From: Bugula neritina
Lineage: Eukaryota > Animalia > Bryozoa
DNA: 64,000 nt
Direction: 5' to 3'
Assembly: GCA_964035545.1 (NCBI GenBank)
Contig: OZ037768.1
Location: 16,103,875-16,167,874 of the forward strand
The number at the start of each line of letters is the position of its first letter. The stretch's first letter is position 1. The notes below the pieces were generated by a model, which did no database searches, was not told the DNA's origin, and saw nothing but the letters and a program-made list of their open reading frames with translations. The position numbers and the translations under genes are program-made. This document shows, piece by piece, positions 62,101-64,000 of this stretch.

Positions 62101-63524
62101 GAGAAAAGGGCCATTTTGATGGAAGATACTGATAATGGTACTTTGTATACTCCCCGTCCTGGTAAAGTTGGTCAAATTGTAAATGAAGACAGTCCTGATG
62201 GAGATGTTCAACATAGAAGATCTTCAAAGCGACTTCCACATAGACAAACCGCTGTTTATGCTAAGGAGAGAAGGTCAAAGCAGCTGAGAGAAGACTCGCC
62301 CTCAGAAGATGATGTGATGTCCAGCCATACGCACTCTCATCATACCAAAGTTCAGACTCGGACTGAAAGAAAAAGTCGAAGAATTCATGGTCACCAGACT
62401 TTTGAAAGTGAAGAGGTAAATGATGACATATCAACACTAAAGCCTCTTCGGAATCTTGAAAACAACTCGGATCATCAGAAATATGAGAAATCCGTGCGTA
62501 GATCAAGTGGCCGTTCTGATGGTAGGACCCAGAGCAAGGCAAGCAGCAGTACTCCAGGTGATGGTAAGTACTCGGGTTCTCCACAAGAGTTTGTACAGCT
62601 GAGTAATGTCCAGAAGAGTGATAGAAATACAACTGGTCGTTCAAGAAGCAATAGACGAGCCAAAAATGAAGCTCAACCTTACTCTGAGAATAATGATATT
62701 TCTCTGGAATATTCTCCAGACAATCCTAGAACTAGTGGCCGTAGCCGTCGCCTGAAATCTCCCGAGGTTCAGAGTGTTGATGGGTCTCTAAAACTAGCAG
62801 GTAAAAAATTATGTTTAATGTTTCTTGTTTTTTAATCTGTTCTTTTTACGCTGGCAGTTTGGTTTTTTATTGTTATAATAAATGTTTTTTTGTTGATCTG
62901 AAGGAAAGCATACAATGAAGAGGCACCACCAGTTGTCTGGATTAGCAAAGCAGGTTAATCAAGGATATTCTCCTGATATCTTTGATGAGGTGTCTTCTCT
63001 CTCCACTAAGTCCAAGGTTAGAGTTTATGAAGTTTCCTCACCTCCTAGTTTTTGTAGCACTGTTAGATTTACAGCCTGTGCAGTGAGATATATACAGTGT
63101 GTTACAATAAGATCTACAGTGTTTTACAGTGAGGTATACAGTGTGTGCAGTGAGATATACAGTGTGTTACAGCAAAGTGGTAACATAGTGGTGTTAGTAA
63201 AAGCAGTGATATTGTTGCCGATTGCAGAAGTACAGAATACCACAGGTGCAAATCACGCCATTGAATATTAAGCGTAGAGAGAATATTTCCGATTCAGACA
63301 GAGTTCGGTTACTGTCAGATGGTGAACGCAAGCAATCACTCTCTGCATCTCAGAGAAAGTCAAGGTACAACTTAGTCAAGTTTATATGTTTGCAAATTGT
63401 ACTCAGTTGATATTCTGCGTTGTATGCTCATGTGTAACAACAAACTGTGCTTTATAGAAAAGAGACGCATAAGTTCCTTCAGAACCAGAAGCTGGACTAT
63501 GTGTGGCCTGTTACAAAACGCTCG
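56173..63524 (+). CDS. MIS18BP1: SANT/Myb-domain protein resembling Mis18-binding protein 1 (KNL2); 3'-incomplete at the window edge
   Basis: Phase-consistent exons: 56173-56252, 57174-57467, 58069-58220, 58381-58472, 59661-59747, 60456-60558, 60749-60862, 61763-62800, 62904-63016, 63228-63364, 63458-63524. SANT domain WTSEEKMLFKKAM...DFWLAIAKVVKTKTWQQCAER. Downstream KLAGKHTMKRHHQLSGLAKQVNQGYSPDIFD resembles the post-SANT GTLKRKQQ...DDFF block of vertebrate M18BP1 (from recall). Confidence 0.65.
56341..56733. mobile_element. MITE copy 2 (inverted relative to 54269-54726)
   Basis: aaaagagcagttccccctaacatctacatatcacaataataaataggcatgc is the reverse complement of about 54459-54510; begins gggttactgtcgtttc. 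Confidence 0.85.
57943..58043. repeat. 48-bp tandem duplication
   Basis: aaaatgcactagatacata(g/a)aagatgcattgtataagtagcctacact occurs twice. Confidence 0.9.
58618..59046. mobile_element. Decayed MITE; its right end is repeated (inverted) at about 43319-43425
   Basis: Imperfect TIR agctgtgtttataccttt / aaaggtataaatgtaact. The segment atgcaatgcaactc...ggccaaattgaa matches the reverse complement of about 43359-43400. Confidence 0.6.
59850..60035 (+). repeat. Dispersed repeat fragment (copy of 17231-17412)
   Basis: About 180 bp of direct similarity visible by eye. Confidence 0.75.
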
Positions 63525-64000
63525 GTAAGTGCCGCTGTGGTAAGGTTTAGCAATGTATGCCTTTGTGAAAGTAGTAAGTAGTAACCTGTTGGTGAGTATC
63601 TGTGTACTTGAGTGGCTGTAGACATGGGGCTGCCTTCTTGGTGAAGTCAGATAGTATAAAATTGTCTTGAACTTCTCTGTCACACATGTGTATTTGAATA
63701 AAGTGTTAGAGCATATTCATATGGTGTAGGTGCCTGGATACTTTTACTAACTATAATTATATAATTTTATTGCATAATCTGTACTAATTACAATAATATA
63801 TTAGTAGTATGGGTCCACTCTTCATAACTTAGTGGGTACTGGGTAATAACTAGTAGTCTATAGCTCAATGTGGATAATTGTTGGGAGTTGTTAGCTCATG
63901 ATTGATAGCCCAAAATCAACTTTTAAATACCTGCAAGCACCAAGTTCTAAACTACTATTTGTCATCCAGTAGCTGAATTCACTCATGCAGTGGTGGATAA

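Overview
AT-rich, intron-rich eukaryotic (invertebrate animal) genomic DNA; no prokaryotic features, CRISPR or rRNA. Manual splicing (GT/GC-AG sites with consistent phases) gives five protein-coding genes. (1) An unidentified Ser/acidic-rich gene on + (about 1.1-4.9 kb, uncertain model). (2) A complete 13-exon nicalin (NCLN, -, 552 aa) with one GC-AG intron. (3) A complete 4-exon CENP-V/GFA zinc-binding protein (-, 136 aa). (4) A roughly 30-exon KANK (KN motif, coiled coil, ankyrin repeats; +, about 1460 aa) with a candidate 18-nt microexon. (5) A SANT-domain MIS18BP1/KNL2-like gene (+) that runs off the right edge and shows no SANTA domain. Introns and intergenic DNA carry a dead LINE reverse transcriptase, two kinds of tRNA-derived SINE-like elements, nested and inverted MITEs, a Kolobok-type MITE with a TTAA TSD, a probable solo LTR, minisatellites, and long (A/T)AG/CTA-triplet foldback tracts clustered around CpG-rich patches. 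I found no convincing new multi-gene system. The most unusual signals are the SANTA-less KNL2-like protein, the foldback tracts and the nested or inverted MITE architecture. All homology calls are from recall and were not searched.
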